Assembly: GCA_036660635.1 (NCBI GenBank)
Contig: JAVXAF010000002.1
Coordinates: 23,657 to 87,656, forward strand
Direction: 5' to 3'
DNA: 64,000 bases
Source of the DNA: Clostridia bacterium
GTDB taxonomy: Bacteria > Bacillota > Clostridia > TANB77 > CAG-465
The position numbers and the translations under genes are program-made. The notes beneath the pieces were generated by a model. That model did no database searches. It worked only from the letters and a program-made list of their open reading frames with translations, and was not told where the DNA came from. Position 1 is the stretch's first letter. Each line of letters begins with the position of its first letter. Positions 53,412 through 63,203 of the stretch are shown here, piece by piece.

Positions 53412-56400
53412 ATGAGCAAACTAGTAAAAGATGTTTTTACAAATTATATAGATGTTTCTAATGCTTTATTAGAAGCTACAATAGACGAAATGAAATTTTC
53501 TAAAAAGCTTAATGCAGTTATTTTAAATACATCAAGTGTAAAAAGTATTCCTCTATCAGATATTGAAGAGTTTGAAAAAATTGCGGCTAAATCATATGAA
53601 CTAAATACGCTTAAAGTAAATTATGAATTTAGAGGCAAAGCTTTAAGTTGCGAGGTAGAAGATATAAAAAAAATACTTGAATATATAAATAAAAAAAATA
53701 TATATACTCAAGATATATTTGAAAATTGTGTTATTGATTTAGATAAGGACTCTAACTTTGTAAATATAACTTTGCAAAAGCCATTTGCACAGTTTTTAAA
53801 AATAAAAAAAATGGATAAGTATATACAAAAAAGTATTAATATAGAATTTGGATTAAATTACACAGTTAATATATCTCAAATAGCTTCTACAGGCGAAAAA
53901 AAAGATCGTTTTAATATAGTAAAGTTAGAAAGTATTTCACCAAATGTAACATTTTCAAATAATAAAAAAGAGAATGTTAATACTCAAACAAAAAAGCAAG
54001 ATTTTGTTAAAAGAGCACCGCTTAGTGAAGAAGAAAAAAAAGAAAGAGTTCTTGCTAAAGACCCACAACCAGATGTTGTAATATATGGTGTACAAATAAA
54101 AGATACTGACAGGACAAAGGTGGAAGATCTAGTCTCAGGTCAAGAGAGAGTGTGTATTGAGGGCGAACTTTTTCAAAAAGATATACATGAAACCAAGAAA
54201 GGTAAAATGTTAGTTACACTAGATGTAACCGATTTTACAAGTACTATTGCATGTAAAATGTTTTTAGACAAAAAGAAGTTTTTGGAAGTTTCACCAAAAC
54301 TTGTTGAAGGAGACTATATCAGTTTGCAAGGTAGAGCTCAGTTTGATAATTATTCAAATGAGTTAAGTATAATGGTAAATAATATAAATAAAGCACAAAA
54401 ACCAGAGCTTAAAAAAGATAATGCAGATAAAAAACGTGTTGAACTACATTTACATACTCAAATGAGTGCAATGGACGCGGTAAGTTCAGCTACCGATATT
54501 ATAAATCAAGCAATAAGATGGGGACATAGTGCTATTGCAATAACTGATCATGGTGTTGCACAAGCATTTCCAGAAGCACTACACGTAATAACAAATAAAT
54601 TTGCTAAGCTTGTGAAAAAGGAAAAAGGGTACCCTACAACTCAAGAAATAATTGATGAAGCTCCAATTAAAATTATTTATGGAGTAGAGGGATATTTAAC
54701 AAAAGATATTGAAGTAGAACCCGAATATCCAGATACATTTTGTGTTTTTGACATAGAAACTACAGGATTTCATCATAAGGTAGATAAAATAACAGAAATA
54801 GCAGTTTGCAAAGTAAAAGATGGAGTTATAATAGATGAATTTTCTACTTTTGTAAATCCTGAAAGATATATTCCAGAAGAAGTGCAAAAGCTTACTCATA
54901 TAACAGAAGATTTAGTAAAAGATGCTCCTACAATAAAAGAAGTCTTACCAGAATTTTTGGAATTTACTAAAGGGACAATTTTAGTAGCGCATAATGCAAA
55001 GTTTGATATAGGTTTTATAAAACACTTTGCTGATGAACTAGATTTGGAATTTAATCCGAAAGTTATTGATACTCTTACAATGTCAAGAGAATTATATAAT
55101 AATTTTGAAAATCATAAACTTGCTACTGTTGCAGAAAATCTAGGGATATCTTTAGAGGGAGCACATAGAGCTATAAACGATACAAGAGCAACAGCAAAAG
55201 TATTTTTAAAAATGCAAGAAGATGCTGCAAAAGTAGGAATAGGCAAGTATGGATATATGTACTCAGTTATATCTGAAGAAGCAAAAAAGTTACCATATTA
55301 TCATATTATAATAATGGCAAAAAATTATGTTGGACTTAAAAATCTATATAAATTAATATCGTTTTCACATCTTAATTTTTTTAATAAAAGGCCAAGAATT
55401 CCAAGGTCACTTTTAAACAGATATAAAGAAGGTCTCATTATTGGCTCTGCATGTGAGAGAGGAGAACTTTATCAAGCTATATATGAAAAAAAGCCACAAG
55501 AGCAAATAGATGCTATTGGTATGTTTTATGATTATTTTGAAGTACAGCCACTTGGTAATAATCAGTTCTACTTAGATCAAGGACTTTTAGAGTCTAAGGA
55601 TGATTTAATAAGAATAAATAAAGATATAGTAAAACTTGGAGATAAACTGAAAAAGCCAGTTGTCGCCACTTGTGACGTCCATTTTTTAAATCCGGAAGAT
55701 GAAATATACAGACGAATAATAATGGCAGGACAAGGATATGCAGATGCTGATAAACAAGCACCTCTATATTTTAGAACAACTGAGGAAATGCTAAATGAAT
55801 TTTATTATCTACCAGAAGAAAAAGCTTATGAAATTGTTGTTGAAAATACAAATAAAGTAGCAGATATGTGTGAGAGAATTAGTCCAATATCTGATGAAAA
55901 ATGTCCACCACATATTGAAGGGTGTGAAAAAACAATTGAAGATATAGCAATTACTAAAGCAAAAGAATTGTATGGTGATAATCTGCCTAAGATAGTAGAA
56001 GAAAGATTAGAAAAAGAGCTAGATTCTATTATAAAAAACGGATTTGCTGTTATGTATATAATAGCTCAAAAGTTAGTATGGAAGTCTAATGAAGATGGAT
56101 ATTTAGTTGGATCTAGAGGATCTGTTGGATCATCTTTTGTCGCAAATATGACAGGTATTACTGAGGTTAATTCACTTCCACCACATTATATATGCCCAAA
56201 TTGTAAATATAGTGATTTTACTGATAAGGGTGTTAAAAACGGATTTGATCTTCCTGATATGGATTGCCCAAAATGTGGAACAAAACTTGGAAAAGATGGT
56301 ATGGATATTCCATTTGAAACTTTCCTTGGATTTAATGGAGACAAAGAACCCGATATAGATTTAAACTTTTCTGGAGAATATCAAGCAAAAGCTCATAAAT

Positions 56401-57794
56401 ATACTGAAGTGATTTTTGGAAAAGGTACTACATATAAAGCTGGGACAATAGGAACAATAGCAGATAAAACTGCATATGGATTTGTAATGAAATATTTAGA
56501 AGAAAAGCAAAAAACAATGCTTTCTCCAGAAATAAATAGAATCTCAAAAGGATGTACAGGAGTAAAAAGAACATCAGGTCAACATCCAGGTGGTATTATA
56601 GTTGTACCAAAAGGAAGAGAAATATATGAGTTTTGTCCTGTACAACATCCAGCTGATGATCCACATTCAAATATAGTTACTACTCATTTTGATTATCACT
56701 CTATTGATAAAAACTTACTTAAACTTGATATTTTAGGACATGATGATCCTACTATGATAAGAATGTTACAAGATATTACTGGGGTGGATCCAAAAAAAAT
56801 ACCACTTGATGATAAAGAAACAATGTCTATATTTAGCTCAACTGACGCATTAAAACTAACAAAGGACCAAATAAAATCAGAGGTTGGAACTTTTGGAATA
56901 CCAGAGTTTGGAACTAAGTTTGTAAGAGAAATGCTTGTTGATACAAGGCCAACTACTTTTGAAGAGTTGATAAGAATATCTGGACTATCTCATGGTACAG
57001 ATGTATGGTTAGATAACGCTCAAAGTTTAATTGAAGATGGGATTGTAACTCTTGATGATGCAATATGTACAAGAGATGATATAATGATTTATTTGATTAA
57101 AATGGGTCTTCCACCAAACTCTGCGTTTAAAATTATGGAAATAGTTCGTAAGGGTAAAGCGTTAAAAGATCCAATTAAGTGGGAAGAATATAAACAACTT
57201 ATGAAAAAAAATAATATCCCAGATTGGTACATTAAATCTTGTGAAAAGATCAAATATATGTTTCCTAAGGCCCATGCGGCAGCATATGTAACTATGGCTT
57301 TTAGAATAGCTTGGTTTAAAGTACATATTCCAGAAGCATATTATGCTTCATTTATGTCTATTAGAGCAGATGACTTTGATAGTGATTCCATGTTATATGG
57401 AAAAGATAGAGTAAAATCTAAAATGAAAGAGATAGAATCTCTTGGAAATACAGCATCAAATAAAGAAAAAAATATGTATCCTATTTTAGAAATAGTTCTT
57501 GAAATGAATGAACGAAAAATAAACTTTTTGCCTGTTGATATATATATATCAGATGATAAAAAATTTTTAGTAGAACAAGATGGAATAAGACCACCATTTT
57601 CTTCTCTTACAGGATTTGGTGAAGTAGACGCGGCTAAACTTATTGAAGCAAGAAAAGAAGGCCAATTTACATCTATAGAACAAATGGCAAATAAAGCTAA
57701 ACTTGGAAAAGTAGCTGTAGAAGTGTTGCAAAGATCGGGATGTTTAGATGGTATGCCACGTTCTGAGCAAATGGATATGTTTGATATACTTTAG
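53412..57794 (+). CDS. polC: DNA polymerase III PolC-type (PHP, 3'-5' exonuclease, polymerase core)
   Basis: The 1460-aa size fits PolC. VELHLHTQMSAMD is the PHP motif. FCVFDIETTGF and AHNAKFDIGF belong to the exonuclease domain. PDIDLNFSGEYQ and KLDILGHDDPT mark the polymerase core. Confidence 0.95.
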   Translation: MSKLVKDVFTNYIDVSNALLEATIDEMKFSKKLNAVILNTSSVKSIPLSDIEEFEKIAAKSYELNTLKVNYEFRGKALSCEVEDIKKILEYINKKNIYTQDIFENCVIDLDKDSNFVNITLQKPFAQFLKIKKMDKYIQKSINIEFGLNYTVNISQIASTGEKKDRFNIVKLESISPNVTFSNNKKENVNTQTKKQDFVKRAPLSEEEKKERVLAKDPQPDVVIYGVQIKDTDRTKVEDLVSGQERVCIEGELFQKDIHETKKGKMLVTLDVTDFTSTIACKMFLDKKKFLEVSPKLVEGDYISLQGRAQFDNYSNELSIMVNNINKAQKPELKKDNADKKRVELHLHTQMSAMDAVSSATDIINQAIRWGHSAIAITDHGVAQAFPEALHVITNKFAKLVKKEKGYPTTQEIIDEAPIKIIYGVEGYLTKDIEVEPEYPDTFCVFDIETTGFHHKVDKITEIAVCKVKDGVIIDEFSTFVNPERYIPEEVQKLTHITEDLVKDAPTIKEVLPEFLEFTKGTILVAHNAKFDIGFIKHFADELDLEFNPKVIDTLTMSRELYNNFENHKLATVAENLGISLEGAHRAINDTRATAKVFLKMQEDAAKVGIGKYGYMYSVISEEAKKLPYYHIIIMAKNYVGLKNLYKLISFSHLNFFNKRPRIPRSLLNRYKEGLIIGSACERGELYQAIYEKKPQEQIDAIGMFYDYFEVQPLGNNQFYLDQGLLESKDDLIRINKDIVKLGDKLKKPVVATCDVHFLNPEDEIYRRIIMAGQGYADADKQAPLYFRTTEEMLNEFYYLPEEKAYEIVVENTNKVADMCERISPISDEKCPPHIEGCEKTIEDIAITKAKELYGDNLPKIVEERLEKELDSIIKNGFAVMYIIAQKLVWKSNEDGYLVGSRGSVGSSFVANMTGITEVNSLPPHYICPNCKYSDFTDKGVKNGFDLPDMDCPKCGTKLGKDGMDIPFETFLGFNGDKEPDIDLNFSGEYQAKAHKYTEVIFGKGTTYKAGTIGTIADKTAYGFVMKYLEEKQKTMLSPEINRISKGCTGVKRTSGQHPGGIIVVPKGREIYEFCPVQHPADDPHSNIVTTHFDYHSIDKNLLKLDILGHDDPTMIRMLQDITGVDPKKIPLDDKETMSIFSSTDALKLTKDQIKSEVGTFGIPEFGTKFVREMLVDTRPTTFEELIRISGLSHGTDVWLDNAQSLIEDGIVTLDDAICTRDDIMIYLIKMGLPPNSAFKIMEIVRKGKALKDPIKWEEYKQLMKKNNIPDWYIKSCEKIKYMFPKAHAAAYVTMAFRIAWFKVHIPEAYYASFMSIRADDFDSDSMLYGKDRVKSKMKEIESLGNTASNKEKNMYPILEIVLEMNERKINFLPVDIYISDDKKFLVEQDGIRPPFSSLTGFGEVDAAKLIEARKEGQFTSIEQMANKAKLGKVAVEVLQRSGCLDGMPRSEQMDMFDIL

Positions 57795-57895
57795 ATAGAA
57801 GTTAAAAGTCTAAAGCCTATTACTTATAGGACGCATATTGAATTTATCCTTAACATATGATATAATGAAATCAATAAAAAAAGGGACGTGAAAAA

Positions 57896-58195
57896 ATGAA
57901 AACTTTCATGCACGAGTTAACTCGGATTAAAAAAATCCGAAAAATGAGAAAAGATTTACAGTATTCTAAGAGATTACGCTCTAATGAGCGTATATGCCAG
58001 ATTAAAGAAGATATGTTAGATTCCTATATGTCTTCACAAAATAAATTCAAATTTTACATTGATATATCAAGTGAAGTAGATAAAGATGTAATATATCATT
58101 TAGCAAAAAAATATGAATTTTTTATTGTAGAAGAAAAATATTTACAAGCTACAAAAACTACTAGATTTTATTTTAAAGAATCAAAATCACATTAG
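57896..58195 (+). CDS. Hypothetical basic protein (99 aa)
   Basis: An ORF with an upstream AAAGGGACGTGA RBS-like sequence. No family recognised. Confidence 0.4.
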   Translation: MKTFMHELTRIKKIRKMRKDLQYSKRLRSNERICQIKEDMLDSYMSSQNKFKFYIDISSEVDKDVIYHLAKKYEFFIVEEKYLQATKTTRFYFKESKSH

Positions 58196-58392
58196 TATTT
58201 GAAAAAATTATAAAAAAGCGTTATTATAAAATATAACGCTTTTTTATTTGTGGTATAGTACTATAAAATATATTTTTAAATTGATTTAACTATGTATATT
58301 TTGTGTAAAAGGTGTGAAATGTTTATAAAAAGAATTATTTACTATTGAAAAATATATAAAATAGTGTATAATATATCTATGAGGTGATTACT

Positions 58393-58743
58393 ATGAAATT
58401 AGATTTAACAGGACTTCGTATAGAAGTTACAGATGCAATTAGAGATTTTACTGAAAAAAAAGTAGAAAAATTGTCTAAATTTTTTGATGAGGAAACAATT
58501 TGTCATGTTACATTTTCAGCTCCTGTAAAAGCAAAACAAAATGTTAATATTAGGATTGAATACAAGTCTCGTACTTACTTAGCTGAGACAGATACTGAAG
58601 ATTATTATTACTCTATTGAAGAGCTAGTAAATAAAATCGAAGGTCAAATTAGAAAAGACAAAGCATTAATTGAAAAAAAAAGAAGAGAAACTATACCAGA
58701 ACAAGAAATTGAAGATATCGAAGATATTTTAGATGAAGAATAA
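58393..58743 (+). CDS. hpf: Ribosome hibernation promoting factor / RaiA family, short form with acidic tail
   Basis: The sequence IEVTDAIRDFTEKKVEKLSKFF...VNIRIEY...AETDTEDYYYSIEELVNKIEGQIRK matches the sigma-54 modulation protein/S30EA fold pattern. No C-terminal dimerisation domain is present. I chose ATG 58393. Confidence 0.8.
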   Translation: MKLDLTGLRIEVTDAIRDFTEKKVEKLSKFFDEETICHVTFSAPVKAKQNVNIRIEYKSRTYLAETDTEDYYYSIEELVNKIEGQIRKDKALIEKKRRETIPEQEIEDIEDILDEE

Positions 58744-58877
58744 AAAATAGTTGAAATTTAAAATTAAGAGTACTAATTATATATAGTTAGTGCTCTTAAT
58801 GATTTAAACCATGAAACAAAAAAATAAAATTATAAAATTTTCTGTTATTATATATTTTTTTGTGATATAATTAGTTC

Positions 58878-59933
58878 ATGATGAAAATAAAAGCAATATA
58901 TAATTTTAGTGAAGATATTAATTTTAAATTATTAAAAGATTGTGGCAAAAAAATAAAAGATGGCTTTACAATAGTATTTCCTACGGAAACAGTTTATGGA
59001 ATAGGTACAAATGCCTTAGATAAAAAAGCTGTAAAAAAGATATTTATTGCAAAGGGAAGACCAACAGATAATCCTTTAATTGTACATATAAGTGATTATA
59101 GAATGCTAAAACCACTTGTTAAAAATGTAACTAAAATAGAAAAAAAATTAATGAAAACATTTTGGCCAGGGCCAATGACTATAGTTTTACCTAAAACTGA
59201 TTTAATACCAGATATTGTGACTTGTGGTATGGATACAGTTGGAATACGAATGCCCTCAAATATAATTGCAAAAAAACTAATCAAATATGCAAAAGTTCCG
59301 GTTGCAGCTCCAAGTGCTAATATATCTGGTAGGCCAAGTGGGACTGCTTTAGAAGATATTGTAGATGAATTAGATGATAAAGTAGATTATATGATAGATG
59401 GTGGAGCATGTGAAGTTGGTGTTGAGTCGACAGTAATAAAGGTAGTAAATGATGAGGTTATTATACTAAGACCAGGAAAAATAACTAAGGAAGATATAGA
59501 AGATTTAGGTATTAGTGTAAAATTGGATAGCCATATTTTTTCTGATGTAAAAAATGATGAAAAAGTATTATCTCCAGGTATGAAACATAGACATTATGCG
59601 CCTAAAACAAAAGCTATTTTAGTTGAAAATGCAAAAAAAGAGAATTTTGTGGATTATGTGGATAAATTAATCTTAGAAAATAAAAGAGTTTGTGTTATAA
59701 GTTTTGATGAATATAAAAAAGAATTTGAATTAAAACAAAATGTAGAGTTCTTAAATTTAGGAAGTTATTCAAACTTAGCACAAATTTCAAAGAAATTATT
59801 TTCTGTGCTTAGGAAAATAGATAAATTAAATGTAGATATTTGTATAATAAGTGCAGTAGAAAAAAAAGGTATTGGCACTGCTATAATGAATAGACTGTAT
59901 AGAGCGTGTGGATACAATATTGTTAAATTGTAG
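58878..59933 (+). CDS. tsaC: L-threonylcarbamoyladenylate synthase (Sua5/YwlC long form)
   Basis: Motifs are FPTETVYGIGTNA, IFIAKGRPTDNPLIVHI, FWPGPMT and APSANISGRPS. A C-terminal Sua5 domain is present. Confidence 0.9.
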   Translation: MMKIKAIYNFSEDINFKLLKDCGKKIKDGFTIVFPTETVYGIGTNALDKKAVKKIFIAKGRPTDNPLIVHISDYRMLKPLVKNVTKIEKKLMKTFWPGPMTIVLPKTDLIPDIVTCGMDTVGIRMPSNIIAKKLIKYAKVPVAAPSANISGRPSGTALEDIVDELDDKVDYMIDGGACEVGVESTVIKVVNDEVIILRPGKITKEDIEDLGISVKLDSHIFSDVKNDEKVLSPGMKHRHYAPKTKAILVENAKKENFVDYVDKLILENKRVCVISFDEYKKEFELKQNVEFLNLGSYSNLAQISKKLFSVLRKIDKLNVDICIISAVEKKGIGTAIMNRLYRACGYNIVKL

Positions 59934-60003
59934 TTTTGTAATAAACGTAATTGCTTTTTAGAGCATTTATGTGATAATATAAATAAAAAATAGGAGTGAT
60001 GAA

Positions 60004-60621
60004 ATGATTTATATTTTAACAGGTGGACCTGCAACAGGAAAAGGAACAAGATCAGATATTTTAGCAAGATATTTAGAAATTCCTCATATTTCGACAGGTG
60101 AAATATTAAGAAATGTAAGCAAAACAGATGCCAAAATGGCTGAAATGCTATCAAGAGGAATGCTGATTTCTGATGAAATAATAACAAAATTAGTAAAAGC
60201 AAGAATAAGCATGGAAGACTGTAAAGATGGCTTCGTATTAGATGGATACCCTCGAACTTTACCTCAAGTATATTTATTAAATGAGGTTTTAAAAGATTTG
60301 GGCAGAAAAATCGATAAAGTTGTTGAATTGGTGGTTCCAGATGAGCTAGTATATAGAAGAATACTTGAGAGAAAGCAATGTAAAAATTGTTCGAAAATGT
60401 ATGGAATAGATTTCCCACCAAAAGTTGAAAATGTTTGCGATGATTGTGGAGGAGAATTAATTGTAAGAACAGATGATACAAAAGAAACTCTTAAAAATAG
60501 AATTGATACATATAAAGCAAATGCAAAAGATATTTTGGACTATTATAGAGATGAAGGACTATTAAAAACTGTAGATGCATCATCTCATCCAGAATCAGTT
60601 GTAGAAGATATTAAAGATTAA
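60004..60621 (+). CDS. adk: Adenylate kinase with zinc-lid
   Basis: The P-loop is GGPATGKGT. Other motifs are ISTGEILR and GFVLDGYPRT. The lid reads CKNCSKMY...CDDCGGEL. Confidence 0.9.
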   Translation: MIYILTGGPATGKGTRSDILARYLEIPHISTGEILRNVSKTDAKMAEMLSRGMLISDEIITKLVKARISMEDCKDGFVLDGYPRTLPQVYLLNEVLKDLGRKIDKVVELVVPDELVYRRILERKQCKNCSKMYGIDFPPKVENVCDDCGGELIVRTDDTKETLKNRIDTYKANAKDILDYYRDEGLLKTVDASSHPESVVEDIKD

Positions 60622-60637
60622 TTGGGAAGTGTAAAAA

Positions 60638-61405
60638 ATGATTAATATTAAAAATGAGCATGAAATAAAATTAATGCAAAATTCTGCAGATGTATTAAAG
60701 TCTGCATTAAAAGCGATTGAAGAAAATATACGCCCGGGTGTTACAACACTGCAATTAAATAGAGTAGCTGAAGAAGCAATGATAAAAGGTGGAGCAATAC
60801 CAGCATTTAAAGGTGAACAGTGTCCATATCGTGGTGGAAAATCATATAAATGGGCGATATGTACTTCTGTTAATGATGAAATAATACATGGGATACCAAC
60901 AAATGACAAGGTATTAAAAGAAGGCGATATTGTAAGTGTAGATCTAGGTGTATTACTTAATGGATGGGCCTCAGATGCAGGAAGAACATACGGAGTAGGA
61001 AAGATATCGCCTGTTGCACAAAAATTAATTAATGTAGCTAAAGATGCATTTTTTGCGGGAGTAGATAAAGCTGTTGAGGGAAATAGAGTAGGAGATATCT
61101 CTAATGCTGTGCAAACATATGTAGAAAAGCAAGGATTTTCACTATTAAGAGAATATCAAGGACATGGTATAGGAAAAGAAATGCATGAAGATCCAGGAGT
61201 ACCTAATATTGGAAGGAAAGGAACTGGTCCTAGACTTCAAAAAGGAATGGCACTCGCAATAGAGCCTATGATATGTGAAAAAAAGCCAGATGTATATGTA
61301 AAACCTGATATGTGGACAGTAGCAACTAAAGATGGAGCTTTTACTGCTTATTATGAAAATACTATTGTAATAACAGATAAAGAAGCAAAGATTTTAACGC
61401 TATAG
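60638..61405 (+). CDS. map: Methionine aminopeptidase type I
   Basis: Motifs are CTSVNDEIIHGIP, DIVSVDLG, WASDAGRTY, GHGIGKEMHE, ALAIEPM and YENTIVIT. Confidence 0.95.
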   Translation: MINIKNEHEIKLMQNSADVLKSALKAIEENIRPGVTTLQLNRVAEEAMIKGGAIPAFKGEQCPYRGGKSYKWAICTSVNDEIIHGIPTNDKVLKEGDIVSVDLGVLLNGWASDAGRTYGVGKISPVAQKLINVAKDAFFAGVDKAVEGNRVGDISNAVQTYVEKQGFSLLREYQGHGIGKEMHEDPGVPNIGRKGTGPRLQKGMALAIEPMICEKKPDVYVKPDMWTVATKDGAFTAYYENTIVITDKEAKILTL

Positions 61406-61430
61406 TAATTTTAAAAAATAAGGGGGATAT

Positions 61431-62141
61431 ATGAATAAAGATACAGTAAACACATATATTTCATACACTGCAATACTTGGAATTGTTGTAAAAGCTTTGC
61501 AGGTTATATTATGTATAATGGAAAATCCTGGATTTATCACTCCGACAATTACATATCATATTTTAATGATATGTCCATTTGTTATACTTTTTTATGCTTC
61601 AAGAAAAAAATATAGTTCGGTGTGTTTAATGGGAATTATAATTGCTGTAGCTACAATTGTGTCGTTTAATATTTTTGATGTTATATATGCTACGATATTG
61701 ATAATTGTATCACTTTTACTTCTTCCTTCCAGAGAAATATATAGAGACTCATATAAAAAAAACAGATTTAAAAATATTTGGTTACTTATACTTTTTATAG
61801 TGTTTGCTTTAACAATTCCAATTAATTTATATGAAATTGAAAGTGATAAATTTTCAAACTTAACTCCTAAAGTAATTGTTGATAATTTTGATGTATCACG
61901 TAATAGAATAGCCAAAGAATGCGAAATATATATTAGAAAAAATAATATATTTCCAATTTATGATGATACGGGAAAAATAAATTTTGATGAGTTGGGAATT
62001 GTTGAACCTACAATATTTAAAGGACAAGGAAAGTGGGTTTATTCAGGAAAAATAAATGGAAAAGTTGAATTTGTGTTATTTAATGATTCATATTTAGCAA
62101 AAAAAGGATATAAAAGTTTATTTAGCACTCAGACTAATTAA
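61431..62141 (+). CDS. Hypothetical membrane protein (about 4 TM helices plus C-terminal soluble domain)
   Basis: Strong AAGGGGGA RBS. Hydrophobic helices fill the first 130 aa. No family recognised. Confidence 0.5.
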   Translation: MNKDTVNTYISYTAILGIVVKALQVILCIMENPGFITPTITYHILMICPFVILFYASRKKYSSVCLMGIIIAVATIVSFNIFDVIYATILIIVSLLLLPSREIYRDSYKKNRFKNIWLLILFIVFALTIPINLYEIESDKFSNLTPKVIVDNFDVSRNRIAKECEIYIRKNNIFPIYDDTGKINFDELGIVEPTIFKGQGKWVYSGKINGKVEFVLFNDSYLAKKGYKSLFSTQTN

Positions 62142-62216
62142 AATGGTACAAGGCTGACATGCAATAAATACAAAAATTGGCATAAACATATACCAAAGTG
62201 ATTGGAGGATATGTTT

Positions 62217-62867
62217 ATGCTTTTTTCTTTTTTTAGTAGTTTATTATCGCATATGTTTTTTCTATTTGGATATATCTCAAATAATAATTTGTTTCCAGAA
62301 CCATTATCTAAGACAGAAGAAGAATATTATTTAAAAAAATATTTTGAGGGCGACAAAGACGCAAGAAATGTTTTAATTGAACATAATTTAAGATTAGTAG
62401 CTCATATTGCTAAAAAATATTCAAATAATGAGCAAGAATTAGAAGAACTAATATCAATTGGAACAATTGGACTTATAAAGGCAATAAACAGCTTTAGTTG
62501 TGACAAAGGCTTTAAGGTTAGTACATATGCCAGTAAATGCGTTGAAAATGAAATTTTGATGAATATACGATCAACAAAAAAACAAAAATATGAAGTTTCA
62601 ATGAATACAATAATTGGAACAGATAAAGATGGAAACGATATGGAATTAGTTGAGACAATTGATTCAAATGCTAAAGATGCAATTGATACAATATATAACA
62701 AAATAATGACAGATCAAGTTATTAATTATGTTAACACAAAGCTAACAAAAAGAGAAAAGTATATAATGAATTTAAGATATGGAATTAATGGCAAAAATAC
62801 AAAAACACAACAAGAAATAGCTGATGAACTTGGAATTTCACGTAGCTATGTATCAAGAACTTGTTAG
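62217..62867 (+). CDS. sigK: RNA polymerase sporulation sigma factor K, 5' segment only: reading frame ends inside region 4.2 (interrupted or truncated gene)
   Basis: The pro-sequence followed by YISNNNLFPEPLS, then LIEHNLRLVAHIAKKY, ISIGTIGLIKAI, YASKCVENEILM and TQQEIADELGISRSYVSR, are collinear with SigK. After ...SYVSR the frame reads TC-stop. The expected IEKRAL... recognition-helix continuation and C-terminus are missing. I chose ATG 62217, which has a GGAGG RBS 8 nt upstream. Confidence 0.8.
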   Translation: MLFSFFSSLLSHMFFLFGYISNNNLFPEPLSKTEEEYYLKKYFEGDKDARNVLIEHNLRLVAHIAKKYSNNEQELEELISIGTIGLIKAINSFSCDKGFKVSTYASKCVENEILMNIRSTKKQKYEVSMNTIIGTDKDGNDMELVETIDSNAKDAIDTIYNKIMTDQVINYVNTKLTKREKYIMNLRYGINGKNTKTQQEIADELGISRSYVSRTC

Positions 62868-63140
62868 TACACATATGACAAAACCTTAGCAAATCAACGT
62901 TTTTTAAAACCATTCAAATATAAAAGCAATAACAAAAAATCAATTTTTTTAATATTAAGCAGGACAAGTAATAAATTTTAATTATTTAAGCTACTACTAT
63001 AAATATTATAGAGTAGTTTTTTTATGTGAAAGAATAGATAAAAATAATATTAAATTTATATAAAATAATGTAATAATAAATGTTTTTATTCCATTTTTCG
63101 ACTAAAAAAATGGAAAGTATAGGAAAGAGCCCCCTCTCTA

Positions 63141-63149
63141 TGGTATAAT
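63141..63149 (+). promoter_or_regulatory. Extended -10 element (TGGTATAAT) upstream of the RT gene
   Basis: Read directly from the sequence, 55 nt upstream of ATG 63204. No good -35 element is present. Confidence 0.35.
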
Positions 63150-63203
63150 ATTTAATGAAATAATATATATGCGATGAAAATAAAAAGCTAAGAAGGAGAT
63201 AGT

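Noticed and set aside
58393-58743. Short HPF lacking the dimerisation domain, considered as an unusual hibernation factor.
   Set aside because: Short RaiA/HPF forms are widespread. Without genome-wide context, such as a second long HPF, this is not remarkable enough to list as a finding.
59765-60481. 238-aa minus-strand ORF antisense to adk and the end of the Sua5 gene. The same issue applies to antisense ORFs 52408-53067, 24567-25154, 21032-21547, 12858-13229 and 26358-26711.
   Set aside because: They lie opposite genes with unmistakable conserved motifs. Their products are low-complexity (Leu/Phe/Ile/Ser-rich), as expected from the reverse complement of AT-rich coding DNA. They have no RBS.
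60004-61405. adk-map pair lying outside a ribosomal-protein/secY operon, considered as a horizontally acquired second copy.
   Set aside because: Whether another adk/map copy exists cannot be determined from this window. Both proteins look intact and typical, so there is no basis for a claim.
62859-62880. Simple frameshift or sequencing error as the explanation for the truncated sigK.
   Set aside because: I translated all three forward frames after 62858 and none encodes anything like the SigK C-terminus (IEKRAL...). Loss or displacement of the 3' segment is needed to explain it.
62868-63203. Possible retron msr/msd or DRT-type template ncRNA upstream of the RT gene.
   Set aside because: Only short AT-rich hairpins are visible, for example 63090-63116 and a terminator-like hairpin near 62989-63024. 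I could find no long inverted repeats flanking a structured region. An extended -10 at 63141 suggests the RT transcript starts downstream of most of this spacer. I cannot exclude an ncRNA without covariance analysis.
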